A stretch of 64,000 bases of DNA from an uncultured Chloroflexia bacterium. GTDB lineage: Bacteria > Chloroflexota > Limnocylindria > Limnocylindrales > CSP1-4. The translations under genes were made by a program, and so were the position numbers. The stretch is from positions 2,240,001 to 2,304,000 of the forward strand of contig OY970218.1 of the NCBI GenBank assembly GCA_963713975.1, read 5' to 3'. A model generated the notes under the pieces. That model worked only from the letters and a program-made list of their open reading frames with translations. It was not told the origin of the DNA and searched no databases. Below are positions 36,126 through 45,387 of this stretch, piece by piece (positions within the stretch are counted from its first letter, which is position 1; every line of letters starts with the position of its first letter).

Positions 36126-38180
36126 CTAACTTCCGGCGGGTGGCTTGGGCTGCGTGGTGCGGCGCCGCTCACTGCGACGGCGCTCCACGCCACCCGGCGC
36201 CATGGCGACCGCGTTCGTCCGCCGGTCGACCCGCCGTCGCTCGACGCCGGCCGACAACTGGGGCACGGACGTGGGCGCCGCATCGTCCTGCGGGCCGGTC
36301 GTGGCCCCGCGGTCCGGTGCGCTCGCACCGTCAGGTGCGGCCCCGCCCTCCTCGGCGATGATCCCGATCGAGATCCGGAAGCCGGCCCGGCGCTGCTGTG
36401 GCGGCATCAGCGTCCCTTGGCCCACGGGTGCATCGCCCGGGAACCACTTGATCCACTCCTCGCTGAACGGCTCGAACTCGGCCGGGTCGCGCAGGCACCA
36501 GTTGGCCCAGACGATCCTGTCCAGCGACGACCCCTGCGCCTCAAGGCTGGCCTGCAGGTTCCGGAGGCACTGGACCGCCTGCACCCGGATCGTGTCCCCG
36601 GCCAGCCGCCCGGTTGCCGGATCCACCGGACCCACGGACGAGATGTAGATCATGCCGCCGGCTCTGGCCGCCTTGCCCAGGCCGATCGTGAGGCGTGGCG
36701 CGTTCCTGGGGTCGCCCTGCTCGATGCCGATCGAGCGACCCTTGCCGATCCGGGTCTTGACGGGGTGCTCGGGATCCTCGGGCGGGATGCCGAACTCGCC
36801 GGGAGGCAGCTCAATGCCGTTGGCGGCGAACTTGGGCATGAACGTCGGCCGGACGCCGGTCGGCTCCAGCGTGCCCTGCACCCTGCTGTTCTCGTCGATG
36901 CCGGTCTGCTTGAACTCGAAGATGTCGTGGGTGAGGATCTGGTCGTCCTCGATCCCGTAGACCTCGGTGATGTTCATGATCTTGCGCGAGCCGTCCCCCA
37001 GGCGCGCGGTGTGGACGATGATGTCCACGGCGGAGGCGATCTGCTCGCGGATGGACCGCAGCGGCATCTCGTAGCCGGCCATCAGGATCATCGTCTCCAG
37101 GCGCCGGAGCATGTCCGGCGAGCTGTTCGCGTGGCCCGTTGACAGCGAGCCCTCCTGGCCGACCGTCATCGCCTGGATCATGTCCAGCGCCTCGCCACCT
37201 CGGCACTCGCCGACGATGATCCGGTCGGGGCGCATGTGGAGGGCGTTGCGCAGGAGGTCCCGGGTCGTGATCTCGCCGGAGCCCTCCAGGTTGGCCGGGC
37301 GCGCCTCCAGCGTGATGACGTGCTCCTGGCGCAGCTGCAGCTCGGCCGCGTCCTCGATCGTGATGATCCGCTCCTCCTCGGGAACGAACGCGGAGATCAC
37401 GTTGAGGGTGGTCGTCTTGCCCGAGCCGGTGCCCCCGGAGACGAAGAGGTTGAGGCGGGCCTCGACGCACGCGCGCAGGAAATCGAACATCTCCGCTGTG
37501 GCCGTACCGAACTGGACGAGGTCATCGACCGTGTACGGCCGGGCGGAGAACTTCCGGATCGTGATGACGGGCCCGATCAGGGACAGTGGCTCGATGATGC
37601 AGTTGACTCGCGAGCCGTCCGGGAGGCGGGCGTCGACCCGCGGGCTGGTCTGGTCGATGCGGCGGCCGAGCGGCGTGATGATCCGGTCGATGATCCGCAG
37701 GACGTGGTCGTCATTCAGGAAGCCGACGGCCACCCGTACGATCTTGCCCTTCCGCTCGATGTAGATGTGGTCCGGGCCGTTGACCATCACCTCCGTGATC
37801 GTGTCGTCGGCGAGCAGCGGCTCCAGAGGTCCGAGGCCCGTTACCTCGGCCATGACCTCCTCGACCAGGCGCATGCGCTCGTCCCGGGTGAGGGCGAGCC
37901 CGTTGGTCGTGACAAACCGGTCGACGATCCCCTCGACCTTGGCCCGCAGCTCCGTTCCGGCGGCGGCATCGAACAGGGCGTGCGACGAACCGACGACCTC
38001 GCCCTGGAGCCGGCGCCTGACCTCGCGCAGCCATGCTTCGCGGGCCGCGAGCTGGCCGGTCTGGACCGGTGGGGCGATGGGCACCACGGCGGTGGGCGGC
38101 GGGACGTCCCAGGCGCCCTCAGGCTCCTCCTCCGCCGGGATTCCCTGCTGGACGCGCCCGATGCGCTCGGTGAGCGACAT
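36126..38180 (-). CDS. cpaF: CpaF/TadA-family ATPase fused to a C-terminal Rid (YjgF-like) domain and Arg-rich tail
   Basis: GLGPLEPLL, VDARLPDGSR, GGTGSGKTT, IEDAAEL, RPDRIIVGECRGGE; then AGGMIYISSVGPVDPATG...QAVQCLRNLQASLEAQGSSLDRIV. Confidence 0.88.
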   Translation of the reverse strand: MSLTERIGRVQQGIPAEEEPEGAWDVPPPTAVVPIAPPVQTGQLAAREAWLREVRRRLQGEVVGSSHALFDAAAGTELRAKVEGIVDRFVTTNGLALTRDERMRLVEEVMAEVTGLGPLEPLLADDTITEVMVNGPDHIYIERKGKIVRVAVGFLNDDHVLRIIDRIITPLGRRIDQTSPRVDARLPDGSRVNCIIEPLSLIGPVITIRKFSARPYTVDDLVQFGTATAEMFDFLRACVEARLNLFVSGGTGSGKTTTLNVISAFVPEEERIITIEDAAELQLRQEHVITLEARPANLEGSGEITTRDLLRNALHMRPDRIIVGECRGGEALDMIQAMTVGQEGSLSTGHANSSPDMLRRLETMILMAGYEMPLRSIREQIASAVDIIVHTARLGDGSRKIMNITEVYGIEDDQILTHDIFEFKQTGIDENSRVQGTLEPTGVRPTFMPKFAANGIELPPGEFGIPPEDPEHPVKTRIGKGRSIGIEQGDPRNAPRLTIGLGKAARAGGMIYISSVGPVDPATGRLAGDTIRVQAVQCLRNLQASLEAQGSSLDRIVWANWCLRDPAEFEPFSEEWIKWFPGDAPVGQGTLMPPQQRRAGFRISIGIIAEEGGAAPDGASAPDRGATTGPQDDAAPTSVPQLSAGVERRRVDRRTNAVAMAPGGVERRRSERRRTTQPKPPAGS

Positions 38181-38345
38181 TTCCTGACTTGACTCCCCGT
38201 GCGGGCACAAACGGTCGCCCGATCACCGGATGGTATGCGCCTGCGATGGCGCACGGAACCCCCCACTCGGCCTACGGGGTCCCAGCGGCCCCACGGGTGC
38301 TCGAACTTCGTTGACGACGCAAGCAGCGCCCATTACCCTTCGCCC

Positions 38346-38456
38346 ATGGTAGCGGCCGCCCTCACGGGCTGTATGGGTCAGTGGTGCGCCTGTCGACGGC
38401 GAGCGTCGGTGGGTGTCAAGCCCGTGGCCGCCCATTGGGGTTGCCGCGCCGGCTGA
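38346..38456 (+). CDS. Putative leaderless Cys-rich leader peptide (36 aa)
   Basis: MVAAALTGCMGQWCACRRRASVGVKPVAAHWGCRAG; TACCCT -10 six nt before ATG; its 3' end is complementary to the downstream RBS. Confidence 0.55.
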   Translation: MVAAALTGCMGQWCACRRRASVGVKPVAAHWGCRAG

Positions 38457-38531
38457 CCTTCCCGGGCCTCGCCACTCCCCGTGGTCCCACGCGCGATCGC
38501 GCGTCCGTCCCGCCCCACCCGGAGCCCCAAC

Positions 38532-39035
38532 ATGTCCCTGACCCCTGCCCCCGTTCGCCTGATCGATCCGCGCGGCCAGCGCTTTGGCGCCGGCGTGTCG
38601 GCCGCCCTCCTGTCAGTCGCCTTCCTCCAGGGCCATCCGTGGCTCGTCGCGCTGGTTGGCCTCAACCTGCTCGTCTCGGCGCTCCTCGGCACCCGCCTGT
38701 TCCTGCCGAGCCGCGCTTGGCCACTCGTCCGCTCCGCGTTCCGCCTCGGCCCCGCCGAGCCCGAGCACGAGTATCCGCCACGCTTCGCCCAGGCCCTCGG
38801 CGGCACCTTCCTCGCGCTCGCGTCGGTCGCGTTCCTGGTGGGCGTGCCGACTGCCGGCTGGCTCCTGACCGGTGCCGTTGCGGGCCTGCAGATCCTGCTG
38901 GCGGCCACCGGTATCTGCCTTGGCTGCAGGCTCTACTTCCTGCGCTGGTGGGTGCCGTCGGTCGTCGCGCGGGTATTCCGCCGGACGGACCGGCTGCGCC
39001 CGCTCGAGGTGCCTGTCCTCAACCGGCTCGACTAG
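38532..39035 (+). CDS. DUF4395-family membrane protein
   Basis: IDPRGQRFGAG, EHEYPPRFAQALG, LAATGICLGCRLY. Confidence 0.85.
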   Translation: MSLTPAPVRLIDPRGQRFGAGVSAALLSVAFLQGHPWLVALVGLNLLVSALLGTRLFLPSRAWPLVRSAFRLGPAEPEHEYPPRFAQALGGTFLALASVAFLVGVPTAGWLLTGAVAGLQILLAATGICLGCRLYFLRWWVPSVVARVFRRTDRLRPLEVPVLNRLD

Positions 39036-39067
39036 CCCCACGCCGGGGGCCGATGCCCGTTCCTGGC

Positions 39068-39895
39068 CTACGGGGCCTCGAGCCCGTGGGCCTCGAGGAG
39101 CGCGGTATCGGAGAGGATCGCGGCGGTCGATCCATCGGCGACCACCCGCCCGTCGTCCATCACGATGACCCTGGGGAAGACCTCGGCGACCAGCCGCATG
39201 TCGTGCGTGGACACCAGCATCGTCTGGTCCAGGGAGCGCAGCAGCCCGATGAGCTCCCGGCGCCCCCGCGGGTCCAGGCCCGCAGAGGGCTCGTCGAACA
39301 CCAGGATGGACGGGTTCATGGACAGGACCGTGGCCAGGGCCACGCGCTTGCGCTGGCCCAGCGACATGCGATGCGGCACCCGGTGGGCGAATGCGGCCAT
39401 CCCCACCGCCGCCAGGGCGCGCTCGACCCGGCGATGCACCTCGTCGGCCGGGAGGCCCATGTGCAACGGGCCGAACGCCACGTCGTCGAACACGGTGGGG
39501 CTGAACAGCTGGTCGTCGGGATCCTGGAACACGAGGCCGACCTCGGAGCGGACGCGCCGGATCGTGCCCTTGGCAACGGCGAGTCCGGCGACGCGCACGG
39601 TGCCGTGGGTCGGCCGCAGCGTCCCGTTGAGCTGGAGCATCAGCGTGCTCTTGCCGGCACCGTTAGGCCCGACGAGGGCCACCTTCTCCCCGCTGCCGAT
39701 GCGCATGTCGACCCCGAGCAATGCCTCGAACCCGTCGGGGTACTGGAAGTGGACATGGTCGAGCTCGATCGTGCCCCGAGCCTGCCCGTCGTCGGGCGCC
39801 GGATCGCCCGGCGCGGACGCATCGTGAACGTGCTGGTGGACGTGCGGTGGGACTCCGTCGTGGGCGTGCTCGTGGACGTGCGGTTCGGTGCTCAC
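39068..39895 (-). CDS. cbiO: ECF-type Co/Ni transporter ATPase with His-rich N-terminus
   Basis: GPNGAGKS, FQDPDDQLFSPTVFDDVAFGP, MSLGQRKR; GTG 39895 overlaps the cbiQ stop. Confidence 0.9.
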   Translation of the reverse strand: MSTEPHVHEHAHDGVPPHVHQHVHDASAPGDPAPDDGQARGTIELDHVHFQYPDGFEALLGVDMRIGSGEKVALVGPNGAGKSTLMLQLNGTLRPTHGTVRVAGLAVAKGTIRRVRSEVGLVFQDPDDQLFSPTVFDDVAFGPLHMGLPADEVHRRVERALAAVGMAAFAHRVPHRMSLGQRKRVALATVLSMNPSILVFDEPSAGLDPRGRRELIGLLRSLDQTMLVSTHDMRLVAEVFPRVIVMDDGRVVADGSTAAILSDTALLEAHGLEAP

Positions 39896-40686
39896 AGGCG
39901 TGGCAGCCACATGATGGCGATGACCTCGTAGGCGGCGAGCAGGGCAAGGACGGCGACCAGCCACGCGATCTCCGACCGGTGGAGCGCGTGAGTCTTCAGG
40001 TGTCGGAACTCGCCCTCGAACCCGCGCGCCTGCATGGCGGCGTAGATGCGCTCGCTGCGCTCGTAGGCCCGCAGGAACAGGGACCCGACCATGCGCCCCG
40101 TCACCGTCGCCCGCCAGCGGATGGAGCCGCCCGATGAGCCGTCCCCTCCCGCGGACCTTGCGGCGCGGGCGCGCAGCATCCGCGACCCCTCGTCGGTGAG
40201 CACGGCGAGGTAGCGGTACATGAAGGAGATGATCGAGATCAGGATGCCCGGCAGGTGCAGCTCCCGCAGGGCGTCGATCAGGTCGTGGAACGGCGTCGTG
40301 AACGCGAGCAGCAGCGCCACCTGGACCGACAGCCAGCTCCCGATCATGATCGTCAGGAAGCGCCGCAGGCCCTCGGCCGAGACGGTCAGGTCGATCGGGC
40401 CGATGGTCATCGTTGCGATGATCTGCTCCTGGACCGTGAAGATCAGCGGGAACGCGGCCAGCGCGAACGGCAGCGCGATCACGGCCGATCGCGACAGCCG
40501 GAATGGGCCCAGGCCGGCCGTTGCCGAACAGGCGACGAGCACGAGCCACACGATCAGCAGGGCCATGAACGACCCGATCGGCAGCAGCGAGATCAGCAGG
40601 ATCGTCGCGATGGCCAGGATGAACTTGAGGCGCGCGTCCGCCCGGTGGAACGGGCTGTCGCCCTCGACGTAGCGATCGAGCTCCAG
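39892..40686 (-). CDS. cbiQ: ECF-type Co/Ni transporter T component, probable CTG start
   Basis: LELDRYVEGDSPFHRADARLK, FMYRYL, RAYERSERIYAAMQARGF; CTG 9 nt after TAGGAG. Confidence 0.88.
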   Translation of the reverse strand: MELDRYVEGDSPFHRADARLKFILAIATILLISLLPIGSFMALLIVWLVLVACSATAGLGPFRLSRSAVIALPFALAAFPLIFTVQEQIIATMTIGPIDLTVSAEGLRRFLTIMIGSWLSVQVALLLAFTTPFHDLIDALRELHLPGILISIISFMYRYLAVLTDEGSRMLRARAARSAGGDGSSGGSIRWRATVTGRMVGSLFLRAYERSERIYAAMQARGFEGEFRHLKTHALHRSEIAWLVAVLALLAAYEVIAIMWLPRL

Positions 40687-40698
40687 GGCGCGGCGCTC

Positions 40699-41061
40699 CT
40701 ACCGGCGACGGCGCGCGAGCACGCGGCCGAGCAGGAACACGATCCCCAGCACGATGGCGACCCCGAGCAGGCCGGACAGGATGGTCGACAGGCGCGGGTC
40801 ACCGATCCCCGGGATCCCGTAGTCGGAGAACAGGCCCGAGAAGAAGTTGGTCGCCCGATCGATGAAGCCCTGGTCCGTGGCGACGCGCTCCAGGCCGTCC
40901 GGGTCTGGCGATGCCAGCGGGGCCAGGATGATGACGACGAGTGCGGCGACGCCGACGCCCGCGACCCACCACCACCGGCCGAGGCGGTGTCCGGTGGGCT
41001 CTGCCGGATCCTGGGCGGGGGCGGGCGGGGGCTCCATCACGGGTTGCGGGTCTCCTGTCAT
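40699..41061 (-). CDS. PDGLE-domain protein (CbiN/NikN-like)
   Basis: ASPDPDGLERVA between two TM helices. Confidence 0.85.
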   Translation of the reverse strand: MTGDPQPVMEPPPAPAQDPAEPTGHRLGRWWWVAGVGVAALVVIILAPLASPDPDGLERVATDQGFIDRATNFFSGLFSDYGIPGIGDPRLSTILSGLLGVAIVLGIVFLLGRVLARRRR

Positions 41062-41071
41062 GTCGATGGGA

Positions 41072-41821
41072 TCAGCCCGCGACCGGGACCGCACCGGCGA
41101 CCCTCGCGGCCTCCAGCCTCGCGGCACGGTCGGGACGCAGGTCCAGCAGATCCGGGCGGGTGGCGGCGATGAACGCCAGCGCCGCGGCCGTGATCAATGC
41201 CTCGCCGACGCCGATGAACACATGGGTTCCGACCATCGCGGGCACCACGAGCTCCGGCGCGATGGTTCCCGACGCGACGAGCATGAGCGCCATTGAGAGC
41301 GATCCGGCCACGACGGACGCCCAGCCGGCGATGCCCGACGCCGGGATGCGTCCCCGGTTCTCGCCACCGAACAGGCGGCACAGCACGCGGTACAGCGCGA
41401 ACCCGCCGAGCGTGCCGATCACCGCCATGTTGAAGATGTTGGCGCCCATCACCACGATGCCGCCATCGGAGAAGACGAGCGCCTGGACCGCGATCACGCA
41501 GGTCATCACGAGCGTGGCGGCCCACGGACCCAGCAGGACCGCGGCGAGGACGCCGCCCAGGAGATGTCCCGACGTGCCTCCCGCGACCTGGAAGTTGAAC
41601 ATCTGCGCCGCGAAGATGAACGCTGCCATCACGCCCATCAGCGGCACGGACCGCTCGTCCAGGGTCCGGTTCGTGCGCTTGACCGAGATGCCGACGACGA
41701 CGGCGATGACGACCCAGAAGAGGATCGAGATCGGCACGCTGAGGAACCGGTCCGGCGCATGCATCGAAGGGTCCAGCGCCCCGGTCGCCGGTGCGGCTGC
41801 GGTGATGGCGAAGAGGTCCAT
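41072..41821 (-). CDS. cbiM: ECF-type Co/Ni transporter S component
   Basis: MHAPDRFLS (41764), FAAQMFNF, GTSGHLLGG, QALVFSDGG, GANIFNM; start at 41821 or 41764. Confidence 0.92.
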   Translation of the reverse strand: MDLFAITAAAPATGALDPSMHAPDRFLSVPISILFWVVIAVVVGISVKRTNRTLDERSVPLMGVMAAFIFAAQMFNFQVAGGTSGHLLGGVLAAVLLGPWAATLVMTCVIAVQALVFSDGGIVVMGANIFNMAVIGTLGGFALYRVLCRLFGGENRGRIPASGIAGWASVVAGSLSMALMLVASGTIAPELVVPAMVGTHVFIGVGEALITAAALAFIAATRPDLLDLRPDRAARLEAARVAGAVPVAG

Positions 41822-41902
41822 GGGATCGGGCTCCCGGCGTGTCAGGGACGGGCTCGTGGTGGGACGGCCTCGAGGTCGGACAGATGCTAGACGCAACGTC
41901 CT

Positions 41903-41926
41903 GTTGTTGCAAGTAGTTGCAACAAC
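41903..41926. promoter_or_regulatory. Perfect 10-4-10 inverted repeat, candidate Fur-family operator
   Basis: GTTGTTGCAA-GTAG-TTGCAACAAC between divergent cbiM and the fur-like gene. Confidence 0.75.
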
Positions 41927-41953
41927 CCCAGGTCTCACCCTACTCTTCGTTCG

Positions 41954-42430
41954 ATGGACCCGACCGGATCTACCAGCCACACGGCACCCCCGGACGCCCC
42001 GGCACCCTGGCCGGACCTCCGCGAGCGGCTTCATGCGCGAGGGCTGCGCTGGACCCCCCAGCGGCGCGTCCTGGTGGGGGTCCTCGCACGCAGTGACGGC
42101 CACGTGACCGCAGCGGAGCTCATCGAGCGCTGCCGGGACCTGGATCCGGCGACCACGCCTTCGACGGTGTACCGGACGCTCGACGTGCTCGAGGAGCTCG
42201 GCATCGTGCGCCATGCGCACGGCGTGGACGGGCGCGAGGAGTTTCACGTCCTTCCCGATGCCGAGCACGGCCACCTGCACTGTGGCGGCTGCCGGCAGAC
42301 GTGGGAGATCGGCGCCGGGGAGGCGTCGGCCCTGGTCACGGCCCTGCGGGCCGAGCGCGGCTTCGTCGTGGACCTGTCGCACCTGTCGGTGGCCGGCCTG
42401 TGCCGGGAATGCGCCGCGACCGATGGCTGA
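41954..42430 (+). CDS. Fur-family metalloregulator (Nur/Zur-like)
   Basis: GLRWTPQRR, HVTAAEL, STVYRTLDVLEELG, HGHLHCGGC, CREC. Confidence 0.9.
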   Translation: MDPTGSTSHTAPPDAPAPWPDLRERLHARGLRWTPQRRVLVGVLARSDGHVTAAELIERCRDLDPATTPSTVYRTLDVLEELGIVRHAHGVDGREEFHVLPDAEHGHLHCGGCRQTWEIGAGEASALVTALRAERGFVVDLSHLSVAGLCRECAATDG

Positions 42431-42956
42431 CTCGCCCTACCGCAACTCCGGCCGCGTGCCGCCGGGGGTGGTGCCCGTGGTGCCGCGTCCGGGACAGGAG
42501 TCGGTGTGGGACTACCCCAGGCCCCCGGTCGTGGAGCCTGTGGCGGAGCGGATCCGCGTCATCGTGGATGGCGTCTCGATCGCGGACTCGACCCGCGCCG
42601 TTCGCGTCCTCGAGACCGCCGGCGCCCCGGTCTACTACCTGCCAGGCGAAGACGTTCGCAAGGACCTGCTGCGGCCATCGCCGTCGACCAGCCACTGCGA
42701 GTGGAAGGGCGCCGCGTCGTACTGGTCTCTGGAGTCGGGCGCACGGCGGATCCAGGATGTGGCGTGGTCCTACGAGCGCCCGAGCTCCGGGTTCGAGGCC
42801 ATCAGGGGCCACGTTGCCTTCTATGCGGCGAAGGTCGACGAGGCGTGGGTCGGCGTGGAGCGCGCGACGCCGCAGCCGGGTGGGTTCTACGGCGGCTGGA
42901 TGACGTCGCGGATCGTGGGGCCCGTGAAGGGGACCCCCGGCTCCTCGGGCTGGTAG
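42423..42956 (+). CDS. DUF427-domain protein
   Basis: QESVWDYPRPP, VLETAGAPVYY, CEWKGAASY, FYGGW. Confidence 0.88.
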   Translation: MADSPYRNSGRVPPGVVPVVPRPGQESVWDYPRPPVVEPVAERIRVIVDGVSIADSTRAVRVLETAGAPVYYLPGEDVRKDLLRPSPSTSHCEWKGAASYWSLESGARRIQDVAWSYERPSSGFEAIRGHVAFYAAKVDEAWVGVERATPQPGGFYGGWMTSRIVGPVKGTPGSSGW

Positions 42957-43002
42957 GCCCGGGCCAAGCCGTCGTCGGCGGAGGGCCGCGGTGCGGAGCG
43001 GG

Positions 43003-43848
43003 TCAGCCGGCCGCGTTGGTCGCCAGCACGGCATCGGACAGCGCCGGCCACGCGGCCGCCGCCCACGGCCCGAACGGCCGGTCCGTCAGGCACGCGATCG
43101 CCAGGCCGGCATCCGGGTCCACCCACAGGAACGACCCACTGGCTCCGAAGTGCCCGAACGTCCTGGGCGAGTTCCGCGTTCCGGTCCAATGGGGCGCCTT
43201 CGTGCCGCGAACCTCGAACCCGAGACCCCAGTCGTTCGGGTCCTGCAGGCCGAACCCCGGCAGCACACCGCGCAGACCCGGGAACGCGACGGTCGTCGCC
43301 TCGACGAGGATGGCCGCCGGGAGGACCCGCGGCCGTAGCAGCTCGCAGGCGAACGCGGCAAGGTCCCGCGCCGGGCCAACCAGCCCCTGGGACGGCGGAC
43401 CGTCCAGGCGGGTCCCCTCCATTCCGAGCGGGTCGAGGACCCATTCCCGGAGCAGCGCCTCGAACGGCCGACTGGCGGCGCCTGCGAGCACATCCGCCAG
43501 GACGTCGTAGCCCGTGTTGGAGTAGATCCGGGTCCGCCCCGGCGGCGACACGACCGCCGGGCCGTCGAAGCCGTACCCGGCCGTGTGGGCCAGGAGATGG
43601 CGGACCGTTGCGCCCGGCGGGCCGGCTGGATCGTCCAGCCCCAGGACGCCCCGGTGGACGCCCGCAAGCACCGCGCAGGCCGTCAAGGGCTTGCTCACGG
43701 ACGCCCACGGCAGGGCCGCGTCCAGGGGCCCGCGGTCGGCCGCCGGGCCATGGCCGTCAACCACCGCCACCGCGGCCGTCACGGCGCCCCAGTCATCGAC
43801 GGCACGGAGCACGGACGCCTCGAGGTGGCGCCCGGAGTGGGGGATCAC
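43003..43848 (-). CDS. Serine hydrolase, beta-lactamase class C-like
   Basis: ASVSK (SxxK), LLAHTAG, YSN, FGHFG. Confidence 0.88.
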   Translation of the reverse strand: MIPHSGRHLEASVLRAVDDWGAVTAAVAVVDGHGPAADRGPLDAALPWASVSKPLTACAVLAGVHRGVLGLDDPAGPPGATVRHLLAHTAGYGFDGPAVVSPPGRTRIYSNTGYDVLADVLAGAASRPFEALLREWVLDPLGMEGTRLDGPPSQGLVGPARDLAAFACELLRPRVLPAAILVEATTVAFPGLRGVLPGFGLQDPNDWGLGFEVRGTKAPHWTGTRNSPRTFGHFGASGSFLWVDPDAGLAIACLTDRPFGPWAAAAWPALSDAVLATNAAG

Positions 43849-44183
43849 CCGCCCCCGGACCGGTAGACGACGACCTCGAGTTTCTCGAGCGTCACCAGGC
43901 CACCCCCGATCATCGGCTCCAGCTCCGGCAGGACCGCCCGGATCCGGTCGGCCTCGTCGACGGCCTCGACCAGGATCGGCAGGTCCTCGGACAGGGCCAG
44001 GATCCTCGTGGTGTGGACGCGCGAGGACCGCCCGTAGCCCTCGATACCCCGGAACACCGACACGCCGCGGATTCCGCGCTCGCGCATCAGCTGCACGATC
44101 GCGTCGTACAGCGGCTTCCCCTCGTGGTGGTCGGACTCGCCGATATAGATCCGGACCAGCAGGGCCTCGCCCTCGATCGTCAT
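43845..44183 (-). CDS. DUF190 (PII-like) protein
   Basis: RIYIGESD...GVSVFRGIEGYG...LSEDLP; adjacent to crcB as is usual. Confidence 0.88.
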   Translation of the reverse strand: MTIEGEALLVRIYIGESDHHEGKPLYDAIVQLMRERGIRGVSVFRGIEGYGRSSRVHTTRILALSEDLPILVEAVDEADRIRAVLPELEPMIGGGLVTLEKLEVVVYRSGGG

Positions 44184-44193
44184 GGCACGGACC

Positions 44194-44568
44194 TCACGGC
44201 AGCAGTCGACCGATGGCCAGGCCACCGACGACCGCGATCATCCCGAGCATCACGGACCCACCCAGGTTGAGCAGGGCTACCTGCCACGTCCCGTCCTCCA
44301 CCAGCCGCCACGACTCCAGCATCCACGTGGAGAACGTGGTGTAGGCGCCCAGAAAGCCGATCATGAGCGGCCCCCGGACCTCGCGCGGCAGGACGTCTCG
44401 CTCGATCGCCCAGGCGAACAGCACGCCAACCAGGAACGCCCCGGTCACGTTGACGACGAGCGTGCCGAACGGGAAGACGCCCCCGGCGCGGTCGCTGACC
44501 CACAGGTCGAGGGAGCGTCGGGCGATCGCGCCGGCGAACCCGCCGAGCCCGACCAGGACGAGGTCCAC
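44194..44568 (-). CDS. crcB: Fluoride channel Fluc/CrcB
   Basis: GGFAGAIAR, FPFGTLVVN, GFLGAYTTFSTW. Confidence 0.93.
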   Translation of the reverse strand: MDLVLVGLGGFAGAIARRSLDLWVSDRAGGVFPFGTLVVNVTGAFLVGVLFAWAIERDVLPREVRGPLMIGFLGAYTTFSTWMLESWRLVEDGTWQVALLNLGGSVMLGMIAVVGGLAIGRLLP

Positions 44569-44571
44569 CAG

Positions 44572-45354
44572 CTACTCGGTGGGGGAGGGCACGCCGAGGA
44601 TGTTGAAGCCCCCGTCCACGTAGACGATCTCGCCGGTCACCGCCGTGGACAGGTCCGAGCCGAGGTAGACGGCGGTCTTGCCCACGTCCTCGATGGAGAT
44701 GTGGGCCCGCAGCGGAGCGACCTCGTTGAACGGGCCATACAGCTTGCGGAAGCCGGCGATGCCACCCGCGGACAGCGTGCGGATCGGGCCCGCGGAAATG
44801 GCGTTCACGCGGATTCCGTCGGGTCCCAGATCCGCGGCGAGGTACCGGACGGACGCCTCGAGCGCGGCCTTGGCCACGCCCATGACGTTGTAGTGGGTGA
44901 CGACCTTCTCCGCGCCGTAGTAGGTGAGCGTGATCACGCTGCTGCCGCGGTGGAGATAGGGCCGTGCCTCGCGGGCCAGGGCCACGAGCGAGTAGGCCGA
45001 GATGTCCATGGCGAGGGCGAAGCCGTCCCGCGAGGTGTCCACGAAGGACCCGTCAAGGTCCTCGCGCTTCCCGTAGGCCACCGCATGGACCAGGATGTCG
45101 ATGTCGCCCTGCTGCTCGTGCCACTTCGCCATGACCGAGCGGATCTGCTCATCCGACCCCACGTCGCAGGCCTCGACGAACGGACTGCCGATGGAGTCGG
45201 CGAGCGGCCGGACGCGGCGCTCGATGAGGCTCTCCACCGACGAGAAGCCGACGACGGCACCCTCGTCGTGGAAGGCCTTCGCGATCCCCCAGGCGATGGA
45301 GTGGTCGTTCGCTACCCCGAACACGAGCGCCTTGCGCCCCTCGAGCAGACCCAT
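44572..45354 (-). CDS. fabI: Enoyl-ACP reductase
   Basis: GVANDHSIAWGIA, YNVMGVAKAALE, NAISAGPIRTL; GGAGGAG RBS. Confidence 0.93.
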   Translation of the reverse strand: MGLLEGRKALVFGVANDHSIAWGIAKAFHDEGAVVGFSSVESLIERRVRPLADSIGSPFVEACDVGSDEQIRSVMAKWHEQQGDIDILVHAVAYGKREDLDGSFVDTSRDGFALAMDISAYSLVALAREARPYLHRGSSVITLTYYGAEKVVTHYNVMGVAKAALEASVRYLAADLGPDGIRVNAISAGPIRTLSAGGIAGFRKLYGPFNEVAPLRAHISIEDVGKTAVYLGSDLSTAVTGEIVYVDGGFNILGVPSPTE

Positions 45355-45387
45355 GCGTGGCTCCTCCCTTCCGATACCCTGCGCATC

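Noticed and set aside
41822-41953. Cobalamin riboswitch upstream of cbiM
   Set aside because: Region is short and lacks a recognisable B12 box; a protein-operator palindrome is present instead.
44569-44600. Fluoride riboswitch before crcB
   Set aside because: crcB starts 3 nt after the fabI stop; no room and no motif.
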